From the NCBI GenBank assembly GCA_951406725.2, contig OX597842.1:1302001-1366000 (forward strand): a DNA stretch of 64,000 bases, read 5' to 3'. This DNA comes from Octopus vulgaris (taxonomy: Eukaryota). A program made the position numbers and the translations under genes. Positions 46,910-61,542 of the stretch are shown piece by piece. The notes beneath the pieces were generated by a model that saw only the letters and a list, made by a program, of their open reading frames with translations, was not told where the DNA came from and searched no databases. Numbering within the stretch: the first letter of the stretch is position 1; each line of letters begins with the position of its first letter.

Positions 46910-47629
46910 GCACACACACACACACACATATATATATAAAAACACACACAGGTATGTTTGTATAAATGGGTGTATATATATATATGTTATATTGTCTGTA
47001 TGCAAACATAAGTGTAGACACATTTAATGGCAGGTGAATTTTTTTCACTTATTTACGTCATTGCTAAAATGAAAATGTGTGGGTACGTGTATCACTCTAT
47101 GTTATGCATCTATGTATGTGTTTGTGTATGTGTGCATGTGTATATGTGTGTGTGTGTGCATGTGTTTGTATCTATATATGTACATAAATATAAATATATT
47201 CATGCAAATATTAGACATATAAATATGCATATACAAACATACATCTGGATTCAAATATATATATAAAAAACGTGTGTGTGTATATATATATATACATACA
47301 TATATATACACACCTAATTATCTCTATTTATATACATACTTGTGTGTCTGTGTGTCTGTGTGTATATAAATATAACTTGCATTTTTTATTTTGTCTCTCT
47401 CTCTCTCTATGTATATACACACATATATATGTGTGCATGTGTGTATGTATGGATTTATATTCATAAGAATGCATACATATATGTATACATATATGAAACA
47501 TAACACACACAAACATACACAAACACACACACACTTATATATATATATATACTGAAATGTATATACATAGATGTAAATATATACTCATGTACCTATATAT
47601 GTATAATTATGAACATGTGTATGTATGTA

Positions 47630-47667
<38 letters not shown>

Positions 47668-47734
47668 TACACATATACAAACACATATTCATATACTTAT
47701 TTGTCTATCTATCAATCTATGTATACATAGATTT

Positions 47735-48040
47735 TGTTTCAATCATTTTGACTGTGGCCATGCTGGAGCACTGCCTTTAGTTGAGCAAATCAACCCCAGG
47801 ACTTATTCTTTGGAAGACTAGTACTTATTCTATCAGTCTCTTTTGCTGAACCGTTAAGTTACAGGGACACAAACACACCAGCATCGGTTGCCAAACAATC
47901 TTGTGGGGGACAAACACAAACACAGACACACAAACAGACTATTGTAGAAGACACTTGACCAAGATGCCACGCAGTGGGACTGAACCCGGAACCATGTGGT
48001 TGGTAAGCAAGCTACTTACCACACATCCACTCCTGTGCCT
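47735..48040 (-). mobile_element. SINE family A, internally deleted
   Basis: Tail and head both present, middle missing at ~47940. Confidence 0.85.
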
Positions 48041-48215
48041 ATTATACGTATATTATTCTGTCACATCATATGAATATAAATATCTATTTGTGTGTGAGTG
48101 TGTATTAACATCAATATATATATATACACACACACACATGTGAGTACACACACAAACACACACACATATATATTAATATACATACACACTGACACACACA
48201 TATTGATATTCAGCA

Positions 48216-48250
<35 letters not shown>

Positions 48251-48338
48251 ATAAATTAAATATATATCGTTAAATTTAGTTAATGTATATATATATATAT
48301 ATACATCAATTTATTAAATATCTAGTTAAATATAGTTA

Positions 48339-48371
<33 letters not shown>

Positions 48372-48429
48372 CATACATACATACATATATAGTTAGATAT
48401 AATTAATATACATATTAGATGTTGTTAAT

Positions 48430-48524
<95 letters not shown>

Positions 48525-48637
48525 TATATATATATCAGCTATATTTAACTATGCATGTATATCTAATATATCAGACACACACAGAGATAAATACATTTTC
48601 ACACATACATATTAAGTCCCACACATACACACAGACT

Positions 48638-48672
<35 letters not shown>

Positions 48673-48883
48673 GCACACAGATGCACACATAAATCCAATC
48701 CCATCAACATTTCTGCTAATCAATGCCTATTTTATTTGACGAAGCCGGACAAGTGCTAGGTTCATCATTTCAAACATTTACTGAAATTAGGCGGAATCTG
48801 AAGAAATTAGTTTGGAATTGGTAAGATTTCCTCGGAAATAAGTCAAATGCAATATTAAAAACCACCATATATATACATACATA

Positions 48884-48935
<52 letters not shown>

Positions 48936-48996
48936 CATATATATATATACATATATATATATACATGTATATATATATATATATATACATATATAT

Positions 48997-49105
<109 letters not shown>

Positions 49106-49794
49106 CATATATATATATACATACATATATATATATATACATACATATATATATATACATACATATATATATATACATACATATATATATATATACATAC
49201 ATATATATATATATATACATATACAAGCGTACATGTATATATACATACATATATAGGTACATATATACATATATATGTGTGTGTATATATATATGTACAA
49301 ACACAGAAATACGTATATATTCATATTTATATATACATATACATCATGTATGTGTACTTGTAAATGTGTGTGTATATATATATCCATATATATATATATA
49401 TCCATATATATATATATATATATATAGATATAGATATATACACATATACAGACACACATATGTGTACATGTATTATTTCTAGATAATTATTCCTCAAATA
49501 TTAGGTTGCCCCCAATTTTCACCATTGTAGGCCTCTTTCTCTCTCTCTCTGCCTGCTTTTGTATTTCTCCGTGTGTGTATATATATTTTAGTGCATGTGT
49601 ATGTGCACATGAGTGCATGTGTGTGTATGGATAGACCAACAGACAGATTACTTCATAACAGCATCGCTCTCTTACCCACCCACTTAAAAAAAAAATTTTA
49701 CCATTTGTCTCCTTTTCTGTTCTATCTTGCTGTCTGTCTGACTCTTCTCTGTCTCCCTCTGTCTGTCTCTCTCTCTCTCTATCTATGTATTTAG

Positions 49795-49828
<34 letters not shown>

Positions 49829-50119
49829 CTCTTTCTGACTATCTATTTATCTATCCAGCTATCTGGACACTTCTCTGCATACATCTGTGTTATTCTCTCT
49901 TTCTCTCACTCTTTTTCTTAGAACCCATATATATAAAAATGTGTTATATGATAATGTATATATATGTGTATATATGTCTATCTATCTATGTATCTATATT
50001 GGTACTTCTGGCTCTCATTTTTTAAGTATTCTAGTGCGTCAATATTTTAACAAAATGATGGTAGCTTTTTTAATTATAATGTTACTTTTTAAATTACAAT
50101 CAAAATTTTTAAATTACAA

Positions 50120-50545
50120 GCGCAGGAGATGGCTGTGTGCTAAGTAGCTTGCCTACCAACCACATGGTTCTGGGTTCAGTCTCACTGCGTGGCACCTTGG
50201 GAAAGTGTCTTCTACTATAACATCGGGCATACCAAAGCCTTCTGAGTGGATTTAGTAGACGGAAACTGAAAGAAGCCTGTCATCATCATCATCATCATCG
50301 TTTAGCGTATATATATATATGTGTGTATGTGTGTATGTTTGTGTGTCTGTGTTTTCCCCCCACCCAACATCACCTGACAACCGATGGTGGTGTGTTTATG
50401 TCCCTGTAACTTGGTTCGGCAAACAGAGACCGATAGAATAAGTAGTAGGCTTACAAAGAATAAGTCCTGGGGTCAATTTGCTCGACTTAAGGCGGTGCTC
50501 CAGCATGGCCGCAGTCAAATGACTGAAACAGGTAACAGAGTAAAT
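50120..50545 (+). mobile_element. SINE family A, full length
   Basis: GCGCAGGAGATGGCTGTGTG head to GACTGAAACAGGTAACAGAG tail. Confidence 0.9.
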
Positions 50546-50889
50546 AATTTTTAATATTCAAATTTTATCCTTAGCTGCAATATTTTAAGTAAAAATTTTA
50601 TTGTTCTCTAATTTACCAGATGTAATAACTTACCTTGGACTTTTCCATGTGTAATAACTTGTCCTGTAATTTTCCAGGTTTATAATCTTAAGAATATTAT
50701 TTCTCTTGCTCACATTTTTCCATATAATCTATGCTTTTTCCAGGCTATGCTATTATGATAATTACTAATGTGCTAATTAGAAGTGTTGTTGATAATTTTT
50801 TCCTTACCTCAATGACACATATTAAAAGTTTCGTTGCATGGGATCAAAACTATGAAATTCTTTATCCTTTCTTCTATCATTGATGCTAA

Positions 50890-51286
50890 TCTCTCTCTCT
50901 ATATAAAGCTGAAGTTGTCTGTGTATGGCAGGTTTGGTAGCCTTCAACTAACACTATCTCCTTCGAGACCCTGCAGCGCAAGTTGACCAAAATTGAGAGT
51001 ATGATAGAAGAAGGCTTGCTCTTCCTTCTGTAGAAGAAAATATTTCAAATCGGACCATGTTAACACCAAAAATTATTTACATCAAAAAGGTGTTTTTTTT
51101 CTATGAAAATCCCTACTTTTTTTACGATTTTTTGACTGCTGTGTTGCTATTTTTCGGTGTATTTCAACCACAAAAATGTTCACTTAAAGAGAATAACAAG
51201 CTACATAATGCAAAAGTTTTACTTTTCAAAAATTCCAATTCTAAAGGGTCGAAACAAGCCCGAGCAATGCCGGGCAATACTGCTAG
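50890..51286 (+). mobile_element. Non-autonomous Helitron
   Basis: 5' A|TC(TC)nTATATAAAG; 3' GC-rich hairpin GCCCGAGCAATGCCGGGC then AATACTG-CTAG. Confidence 0.75.
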
Positions 51287-51569
51287 CATAAATATATTTT
51301 GCTTTTAAAATGAAAAAGTTATTTAGATCTAAACTTGATTAGAGGCATTACTTACTCTCCTATAACATTGCTACAAATATTGATGTAAACTTTTTTCTAC
51401 AGGACCAAATCTCAATTTTTTTATGCCAAAATACAGTTAGGGACCAGTCCTCTTAAAAAATGTTAACGGTTTTCAATTTGGTTAAGAACTGAATTAGATA
51501 CAAGCTGTGAAATATGCTGTGTTTGAGTAAATTGTGGCCTTAAGATTATTATTCAGAAATTTAAATTCG

Positions 51570-52018
51570 ATGACTGGCATCAGTGCTAGTGGAGCACTAA
51601 GAGCACCATCCGAGCGTGATCGTTGCTAGAGCAGCTAAACGGCTTCCATGCCGGTGGCACGTAAAAAGCATCATTCGAGCGTGATTGTTACTAGTGTCGC
51701 CTTACTGGCGTGTGAAAAAACATTCGAGTGAGGTTGTTGCCAGTGCCAATGGACTGGCTCCTGTGCTGGTGGTACGTAAAAAATACCATTTCAGCGTGGC
51801 CATTGCCAGTACCGCCTGACTGGCCCTCGTGCCGGTGGCATGTAAAAGTACCCACTACACTCTCGGAGTAGCTGGCGTTAGGAAGGTCATCCAGCTGTAG
51901 AAACTCTGCCAGATCAGATTGGAGCCTGGTGAAGCCATCTGGTTTGCCAGTCCTCAGTCAAATCGTCCAACTCATGCTAGCATGGAAAGCAGACATTAAA
52001 CGATGATGATGATGATGA
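51570..52018 (+). mobile_element. Family C (RTE-type 3' end), longest copy, with ~4 internal ~60-bp subrepeats
   Basis: Repeated GGTGGCACGTAAAAAGCACCATTCGAGCGTG-like modules; (GAT)n tail. Confidence 0.88.
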
Positions 52019-52030
52019 CATACACAGACA

Positions 52031-52287
52031 TATACAAGGGGTTGCTGAAAAGGTCCTGGCTTTAAGGGTATCATGAAAGCTTGTTTGGAGTCCCAGCCTT
52101 CCGAGTTCTTTCACAGGATTTAGAAAAAGTGAAGGACCACCTTTTGAGGTCTTTTACAGGGCTGAAGGACTCCTGCAATAAGTGTGTGAATCTGAAAGGG
52201 GAATATGTTGAGTAAAATCATAATTAACTGATCCTCCTCTGTTTTCTTTTACCCAACGCCAGGAACTTTTCAGCCCCACCTCATGTA
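52031..52287 (+). mobile_element. Mariner-derived MITE
   Basis: TIRs GGGGTTGCTGAAAAGGTCCTGGC / GCCAGGAACTTTTCAGCCCCACC flanked by TA; internal CNKCVNLKGEYVE* transposase tail. Confidence 0.82.
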
Positions 52288-52305
52288 TAGGTGTGTGACT
52301 GTGCT

Positions 52306-52336
<31 letters not shown>

Positions 52337-52949
52337 ATACCTGTGTATGAGATTGTGTGTATGTATGAATTTGCGTATATGTGTGTGTGTGTGAATATGT
52401 GTGTATGTGTGTGTGTACCTGTGTATGAGTTTGTGTGTATGTATGGATTTGTGCATGTGTGTGTGTGTGTGTGTGTGAATATGTGTGTATGCGTGTGTGT
52501 ACGTGTGTATGAGTTTGTGTGTATGTGTGTGTGAGAGCTTGTGTGTCTGTGCATCTGTGTGAGTTTGTGCCTGTGTGTGTACGTGTGTATGAGTTTGTGT
52601 ATGTGTCTGTGTGTGTGTGTGTGTGGGGGGGGTAAATGCGTGTGTGCTTTCTGACTTTAGAATGTGGAAAGGTTAGGAACCCAGCAATGCTCTCCTTATT
52701 CCAAAGAGTAAAATGATTTTATAACACACCAGGTCAAGACAGCCTGGAACTTTTGCTAAGAGACAAGGGTTGGAATCATAGAAGGGAACGATTTCTGGTG
52801 TTTTTGAAAAGCAGGAGAGAATTTCAAAGAGTCTGGATGCTGGGATACTGTTGCTAAACCAACATTATTCTAATTGCACCAAGATGTGTGTGTGGGTGTT
52901 TGTGTGTGGGTGTGATGACATGCACACACACACACACCACAAACTGACA

Positions 52950-53070
52950 AAGAGATACATAGATAGATATAGATCAACAGACAGATAGACAAATAGATAG
53001 ATAGATAGATAAATAGATAAATAGATAGATAGACAGATAGATAGATAGATAGATAATTAGATAGATAGAT

Positions 53071-53116
<46 letters not shown>

Positions 53117-53134
53117 GATAGATAAGTAGATAGG

Positions 53135-53178
<44 letters not shown>

Positions 53179-53179
53179 G

Positions 53180-53215
<36 letters not shown>

Positions 53216-53348
53216 GATAGATAAGTAGATAGGTAGATAGATAGATAGATAAAGATAGATAGATAAAGAGAGATAGATAGATAGGTAGATAGATAGATAG
53301 ATAGATAAAGATAGATAGATAAAGATAGATAGGTAGATAGGTAGATAG

Positions 53349-53379
<31 letters not shown>

Positions 53380-53590
53380 GATAGCTGGATGGATAGATAG
53401 ATAGATAGAGTGATTGATATATAGATGCACAAACAGATGGATAAATATATAGGAAGAAAAATAGTTAGATAGATAGTATTAGACAGACAAACAGACAGAC
53501 GAAATAGATAGATATAGGTAAATGGATTGATAGGTAGATAGACAGATAGATAAACAACAGACAGACAGATAGATAGATAGATAGATACAT
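52950..53590. repeat. (GATA)n microsatellite
   Basis: Direct inspection. Confidence 0.97.
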
Positions 53591-54529
53591 ACATACATAC
53601 ATACATACATGTATAAAAAAACTAAATTCATACACACAGACCTGCACAAATACAGACAGACAAACGAACAAACTAACACAGATAGATGGAACAATTGAAA
53701 GAAACCAGCATTTCTAAGCCTCACTACTTCAGATACAATTTAAATTGAAAAAAAAAAATGTCTACTTTCAGAAGATAAAAGATACAAATACATCCGTGGA
53801 TAAGACAAAACAGAAGTGTTTCTTTGTCAATAACGGAATATATATATAATATTTTAGAAATTTATATTTAGAATTATATCATAATTTTCTATGATTTTCA
53901 TTGAAAAGTCTTTGAAGAATTGTTTAAAATGAATTAAAAAACTGTTGCTGAAATACAAATGGAGGGCAAATAGATTTTGAATTTGAAAGGAAAGGAAAAA
54001 AAGATGGAGAATATAATGGAGGGAGAAATAACTTGTTTTTTAGGATGAATTGACTTCAAAGCTACCTGTAGAATGTTGTAGAAATATTTTAGAAATTGTA
54101 GGAATTTTGTGTGTTTAAATGTGTGTTTGTAGGTTTGTGGATTTGTCAGTGTGCATATGCATACGTGTGTGTATGTATGTGCATATGTATGTACATATAT
54201 GTGTGTGTATGTATGTATGTATATATATATATATATGAATATATATATAAGCAGGCAGACAGATTGATGTACATCTGTACTCAGCTATATGTGTATACAT
54301 CTGTTCATTTATATATGAATGTATACATATCTGCGTGTTCATATATCACACACACATATAAACATATATATTTATATATATATATAAATGCCTCTATTTG
54401 TATATGAGTGTCTGTGTGTGTGTGTATATATATATAATATATATACAGAGAGAGAGAGAGGGAAATATGTGTCTGTGTGTATATATATATATGAATATAT
54501 ACATATACATACATCCATACATATGTACA

Positions 54530-54950
<421 letters not shown>

Positions 54951-55019
54951 AGTAAGAGGTATGCACTCCCCCCTTATCTCTTTCATCAAATATTCTTCTC
55001 AGTTTGTTTTCTCTCACAC

Positions 55020-55052
<33 letters not shown>

Positions 55053-55212
55053 CTACTACTACAATTAGTAGTAGTAGTTTTTTTTTTCGACTTTGCTTAT
55101 CAAAAATATTATTATTAGTCATATTGTGTGTGTGTATATATAAATGTATACATATAAACACAGACACACACACACATATATGCTTATATATGGATACATA
55201 AATGTATGTATG

Positions 55213-55254
<42 letters not shown>

Positions 55255-55351
55255 TATTAATATACACATGCATACACACACACATATATATGTATAAACA
55301 TATACACACACCATGTATGTATGTATGTATATATATGTATGTATGTATGTG

Positions 55352-55396
<45 letters not shown>

Positions 55397-55648
55397 CCAC
55401 ATATATAATATTTGCAGACAGGCACATATACACACAATATATATAGTACACATACATACACACACACACATATGTATATAGATATACTACACATACTCAC
55501 ACACACATACACACGCACACACACACATATATATATATATAGATATAGTACACATACTCACACACATATACATACATACATAGATATATATATACACATA
55601 CTCACACATATATACATACATACACACACACACACACATACCTACACA

Positions 55649-55704
<56 letters not shown>

Positions 55705-56325
55705 GTACACATACTCACACATGGATACATATATATATATATACACAGAGTACTCATGCACACATACATATATATATAGTACTCATATATGCATATACAT
55801 ACACATATATATTTCTAGTACTCATACACACACACACGCATATATACATATATAACAGTAATACACGCACACATATACAGCACTCACTCATGGGCTCGCA
55901 CACACACACACACACACATCTATAATGCATGCATCTTTTTATCAGTACTATTATCATTATTTACTGTCCTTTTGAAATTCAGTATTTTCCCCTCCTTTGT
56001 CAAAACACCTAATTATATTTAGACGAGGATATATTCATTTTGTATTTTAATATTTTGGGAAATGTGTTTTGGTTATTTTTGCGTTTGCAGAAGGGAAGGG
56101 TTTTTAGAAAATGAAATATAACCATGACGACGACGATGATTGTGATGACGATGATGATGATTGTGGTAGTGGTGCTGGTGACGGTGGCAGTGATGGGGAA
56201 GACGGTATAGTTATTAGAAATAATGATATATATCTTTTATACATACATACATATATATATATACACACATACACAGACATATAGGTATATATATACATAT
56301 ATATACACATACATGCATCTACGTG

Positions 56326-56356
<31 letters not shown>

Positions 56357-56392
56357 ATATAGAGAGGGAGAGACATCCATATACATACATAC

Positions 56393-56451
<59 letters not shown>

Positions 56452-56644
56452 AATCAAAATAATTGTAATCACCTCACTTTGAACTTGTATGGATAATACC
56501 GTACTAAATTCTGGTGCCTCAACTAAAGTACCATATTCATCTGCATGTATATATATATCATCATCAGATAGATATATATACACACATATATATACAAATG
56601 TGTGCATGTATATATAGACACCTATATATATTTGTATGCATACA

Positions 56645-56699
<55 letters not shown>

Positions 56700-56715
56700 G
56701 TATGTATATAGACAC

Positions 56716-56910
56716 CCATTTGACTGTGGCCATGCGGGAGCACCGCCTTTAGTTGAGCAAATCATCGACCCCAGGACTTATTCTTTGTAAGCCTAGTACT
56801 TATTCTATTGGTCTTTTTTGCCAAACTGCTAAGTGACAGGGACGTAAACACACCAGCACTGGTTGTCAAGTTATGTTGGAGGACAAACACAGACACACAA
56901 ACTTATACAC

Positions 56911-56971
<61 letters not shown>

Positions 56972-57138
56972 TATATACGATGGGCTTCTTTCAGTTTCCG
57001 TCTACCAAATCCACTCACAAGGCTCTGGTCGGCCTGAGGCTATAGTAGAAGACACTTGCCCAAGGTGCCCTGCAGTGGGACTGAACCCGGAACCATATAG
57101 TTGGTAAGCAAGCTACTTACCACACAGCCACTCCTACG

Positions 57139-57140
<2 letters not shown>
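56716..57140 (-). mobile_element. SINE family A
   Basis: Body and head intact. Confidence 0.9.
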
Positions 57141-57173
<33 letters not shown>

Positions 57174-57562
57174 CATAACAGCTTGACTCAGCACCATGTA
57201 ACCTAAACTTACATGGCCATGTAGAACACACCAATCCCATCAGATGATAGGATGCTGTGAGTAAGCATCAGATGAGATGGACTTATTTCTCAGCATCCAT
57301 GAAGCCTATCTTGTAGAGAGATAACTCAAACCATTATCAAAAACTTTGTGTCTCTTACCAAATGTGCCATGTGCCACTTTGTTTCATTTGTCCACTTCCT
57401 TGTATGTAATTGAATATTACATGTGCCAGTCATTGTACAGTGGCCAGACTGGAGCACTGCCTTGTATAGTTAGTTAAAGAAATTGAGTCTAGATTATAGG
57501 TTTAATCTGGAATGCCCTTGTTCCACTATTTTTCTTCTTGGACAACCATTTATTGTAGGGGT

Positions 57563-57780
57563 CAAGGTGGCAAGCTGGCAGAAATATTAGCATGCTGGAC
57601 AAAATGCTTAGGGGTATTTCGTCTGTCTTTACGTCCTGAGTTCAAATTCCCCCGAGGTCAACTTTGCCTTTTATACTTTTGAAGTCCATAAATTAAGTAC
57701 CAGTTGCGTATGGGGGTTGATCTAATTGACTTGCTCCCTCCTCCAAAATTTTAGGCCTTGTGCCTAGAGTAGAAAGGATT
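57563..57780 (+). mobile_element. SINE family B (alternative tail)
   Basis: AAGGTGGCAAGCTGGCAGAA head; AGGCCTTGTGCCTAGAGTAGAAAGGATT tail. Confidence 0.85.
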
Positions 57781-58104
57781 TATGGTAGGGGTCATAAACA
57801 AACAAACATTGGTTTTCAAGCAACAGTGGGGAGCGTCACAGACAGAAACACAAACACACACATGCACACACACACATGCACACACACACACACACACACA
57901 TGCACACACACACACATGCACACACACACATGCACACACACACACACACACATGCACACACACACACACACACATGCACACACACACACATGCACACACA
58001 CACACACACATGCACACACACACACACACACACATGCACACACACACACACACATTTAGAAGTTGTAAGGTACATAAACACAATTAGTCTCGATAATCTT
58101 TCAT

Positions 58105-58768
58105 TCTTTTACTTGTTTCAGTTATTTCACTGTGGCCATGCTGGAGCACCACCTCAGAGGGCATTTCAGTAAAAAAAAAAATCAACCCCAGGAACTATTC
58201 TTTGTAAGCCTAGTATTTATTCTATTGGTCTCTTTTCCCAGACTGCTAAGTTACAGGGATGTAAACACACCAACATCAGTTGTCTAGTGAGGCGACAAAC
58301 AGACACAAAGACCCACATGCATAAATATATACACACATATATAGACGTGACTAAAGTGACAGAGATTACAAAGTGGTACCAGCATTCTTTCTTTCCTTTA
58401 TTTGTTTCAGTCATTTGACTGTGGCCATGCTGGAGCACCGCCTTTAGTTGAGCTTATTCTTTGTAAGGCTAGTACTTATTCTATCAGTTTTTTATGGTGA
58501 ACCGCTAAGTTACGGGGACGTGAACACACCAGCATCAGTTGTTAAGCAATGTGGGGACAAGCATACACACACACACACACAAACATACACACACACACAT
58601 ATACGACGGGCTTCTTTCAGTTTCCATCTACCAAATCCACTCACAAGGCTTTGGTCGGCCCAATGCTATAGTAGAAGACACTTGTCAAATGTGCCACACA
58701 GTGGGACTGAACCCAGAACCATGTGGTTGGTAAGCAAGCTACTTACCACGCAGCCACTCCTGCACCTA
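58105..58768 (-). mobile_element. SINE family A: 3' half (58105-58310) and near-full copy (58398-58768)
   Basis: Family A motifs. Confidence 0.85.
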
Positions 58769-58914
58769 TTGCTAGAAATAAGAGTTAAAATGACTCATTA
58801 ACCACCAAAACACTATCTTAAAACACTTCCCTATGGTCACAGATATAGCCACAGTGACTCATACTATGCCTAGGGTTAAGCTCAACTCACCTCATCAATG
58901 TATAAGGACATCCA

Positions 58915-59200
58915 TTGAAAATATATGCTGGTTTCAAAAGTGGTAGAAGTGAAAAACTATAAATAATATGGGCAGCTTCTTAGCAATTTAACACCCTAAA
59001 GGCAGCTTATTAAAATAGTGACTTGCAAGGACCTCTCTTCCAGAATTTACTTGTCTGTGACAAAAAATACTCTTCCAGTACTTTTCTGCCCTTCTCTACA
59101 GAATTCATATTTTTTCTCTCCAAATGATTTTGAAGACTGCAGAATAAATAATAATCAGATGGGTCAATGTCTGGGGAATATGGTGGGTGTATATTCCACT
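58915..59200 (-). pseudogene. Mariner transposase C-terminal fragment
   Basis: HPPYSPDIDPSDYYLFCSLQNHL motif (YSPDLAPSD) then FWKRG. Confidence 0.85.
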
Positions 59201-59529
59201 GATGAGGCAAAGCATTTTTTATGCAGAGCCAGAAATCCGGGATCTGGAATTATCCAGTAATTTTTGCGAGTTTATTTTGTCTCTTTGTCTTCTCTCCTGG
59301 TGCAGTATGAACATATAATGCGGTTTTAGAGTCAAGTTTTAACTGCTTTTTCCAGCATGGTGGTATCTCTTAGATACCCTAAATTATGATTTTAATGATA
59401 TATATATATATATATATATATATAGGGAGAGTTTACGAAAAAACAAAAGACGAAGACAGGTGGTGTACAAAACAAACATATGTATAAGTATAACACTCAG
59501 GAATAGAAAAAGTAAAATCTAAGTGTGAA

Positions 59530-59750
59530 TATGTTTGTGTAAGTGTTTGTCCCTCACATCTGCTTGACAACTAGTGTTGATGTGTTTACATCCCCATCAT
59601 ATAGCTGTTCAACAAAAGAGACTGTTAGAATAAGTATAGGCCTAGAAATAAAAATAAGTTCTGGGATCAATTTATTCACTTAGAACCCTTCAAGGTGGTG
59701 CCCAAGCATGGCCAGAGTCATATGACTGAAACAAGTAAAAGATAAAAGAT
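59530..59750 (+). mobile_element. SINE family A, 3' half, diverged
   Basis: GCTTGACAAC..AAGGTGGTGCCCAAGCATGGCC..GACTGAAACAAGTAAAAG. Confidence 0.75.
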
Positions 59751-59772
59751 ATATATATATATATATATATAT

Positions 59773-60087
59773 ATTAAATTCAAATTACAATAAAAGTAAA
59801 CAAAGTTTGCTTTAGAAACGTTGAGATGTATTGAAAGATAAAGACAAGGAAATAATTTTATTCTCAAAGACATAATAACACTAAACATATCGCCTGAACA
59901 GGATAAACTGTTCTGGCGATAAACTGTTCAGGCCTGAACAGGATAACTGTTATCCTGTCCATGCTATATTATTAGTATTATCCAGCATTTGAGAATAAAA
60001 TTATTTCTTTATCTTTATCTTTTAATACATCTCAATGCTCCTAAAGCAAATTTTGTTTGTACATTTTCAATGTAAGTTGGATTTAAC
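59773..60087. mobile_element. Foldback element (arms ~59773-59868 / 59988-60087)
   Basis: TTGAGATGTATTGAAAGATAAAGA..AAATAATTTTATTCTCAAA mirrored on the right arm. Confidence 0.65.
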
Positions 60088-60305
60088 GTACAATAGTGTC
60101 ATATAAAGCTAGATCTACATATCCTAAAATTGCAGAAGAATTTGTTGTTGGGGCAGTTTAGCTTAATGATAAAGCACTTGACATGTAATCACAGGGATGT
60201 GAGTTTGAGTTTGAGCCGACCAATTTTTCTGCAAAATATGGATAGTTTATTCTGTTCCTGCTATGTTATTAGCATTATCCTGCATCTGAGAATAAAATTA
60301 TTTCC

Positions 60306-60349
<44 letters not shown>

Positions 60350-60350
<1 letters not shown>

Positions 60351-60665
60351 ACAATTGCAGCATGGGAGGTGTTTATAAGCCATTTAAGAAACACACAAAA
60401 GCCGTTCGATTCACTTCAACATTTAAGTTTAATTTGTCAAAATATTTTCGCCGCTAAAATCCGCGACATGTTCACTGACAAAAATCCGTGCTGCGGATTT
60501 TAGCGACGAAAATATTTTGACAAATTAAACTTAAATGTTGAAGTGAATCGAACGGCTTTTGTGTGTTTCTTAAATGGCTTATAAACACCTTCCACACTGC
60601 AATTGTTTTCGTTTCAGCACACGATCTCAGATCAAATTACTTGCTATGCAAGTACATCTCCGTAA
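60350..60665. mobile_element. Foldback element (arms 60350-60464 / 60493-60606 plus tail) in (AT)n
   Basis: ~115-bp near-perfect inverted repeat. Confidence 0.75.
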
Positions 60666-61012
60666 TATATTTATATATATAGATCAAAATAAGCAACAAG
60701 GATATCCAGAGGTAATGCAATACGATCGTTTCATGCGACTCCATTTAATTGAACAATGCAATCATTTCATTATATTAATTTAAAATGTAGAGCAATCTTC
60801 AGCTGCACAAAGACAAAGAATTTAATTAATTTAGAACAGATGGACACATTAGTATAATTTTACCTAAAATCTCCAAGAAGGTAAGGAGATAGACAAGCAA
60901 CATGTACCAACAACATCATAGTTGTAACATGAACGAATAATATCGTACTAAATTCTGGTGCCTCAACATAAGTACCGTATTCATTTGAATCTAAATTTTT
61001 ACTGAACTCATC

Positions 61013-61059
<47 letters not shown>

Positions 61060-61219
61060 TAGATAGATAGATAGATAATAGATAAATAGATAGATAGATA
61101 GATAGATATAGTTATAGATATAGGTATATATATAAATAAGGATAAGATTGTTAATTTAAGTTAAATAACGATCTTATGAAGTGGCCAGCACAGAAATAAA
61201 ACCCTTCAAAGATAATAAT

Positions 61220-61408
61220 TATTATTAAAATTGTAATTTAGGGTATCTACGAGATACGCCTTGCTGAAAATAACAGCCGAAATCTGACTCTAAAACCACC
61301 TTAAATGTTCATGCTGTATGATCATTGAAGGTGGTTTTAGAGTCAGATTTTGGCTGCTATTTTCAGCATAGCGGTATCTCATAGATACCCTAAATTATAA
61401 TTTTAATA

Positions 61409-61411
<3 letters not shown>
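61220..61411. mobile_element. Foldback element (arms ~92 bp, tiny loop)
   Basis: TTTAGGGTATCTA..AATCTGACTCTAAAACCACCTT mirrored; single-arm relative at 59320-59400. Confidence 0.7.
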
Positions 61412-61475
<64 letters not shown>

Positions 61476-61506
61476 CATATATATATACATATATATATAT
61501 ACATAC

Positions 61507-61542
<36 letters not shown>

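Noticed and set aside
60432-60482. Hammerhead within the 60350 foldback (minus TTTGTCA-GTGAACA-T-GTCGC..GCGGC-GAAA..TGACAAA)
   Set aside because: Stem layout is suggestive, but the core reads GUGAACA rather than CUGANGA; not supportable without homologues
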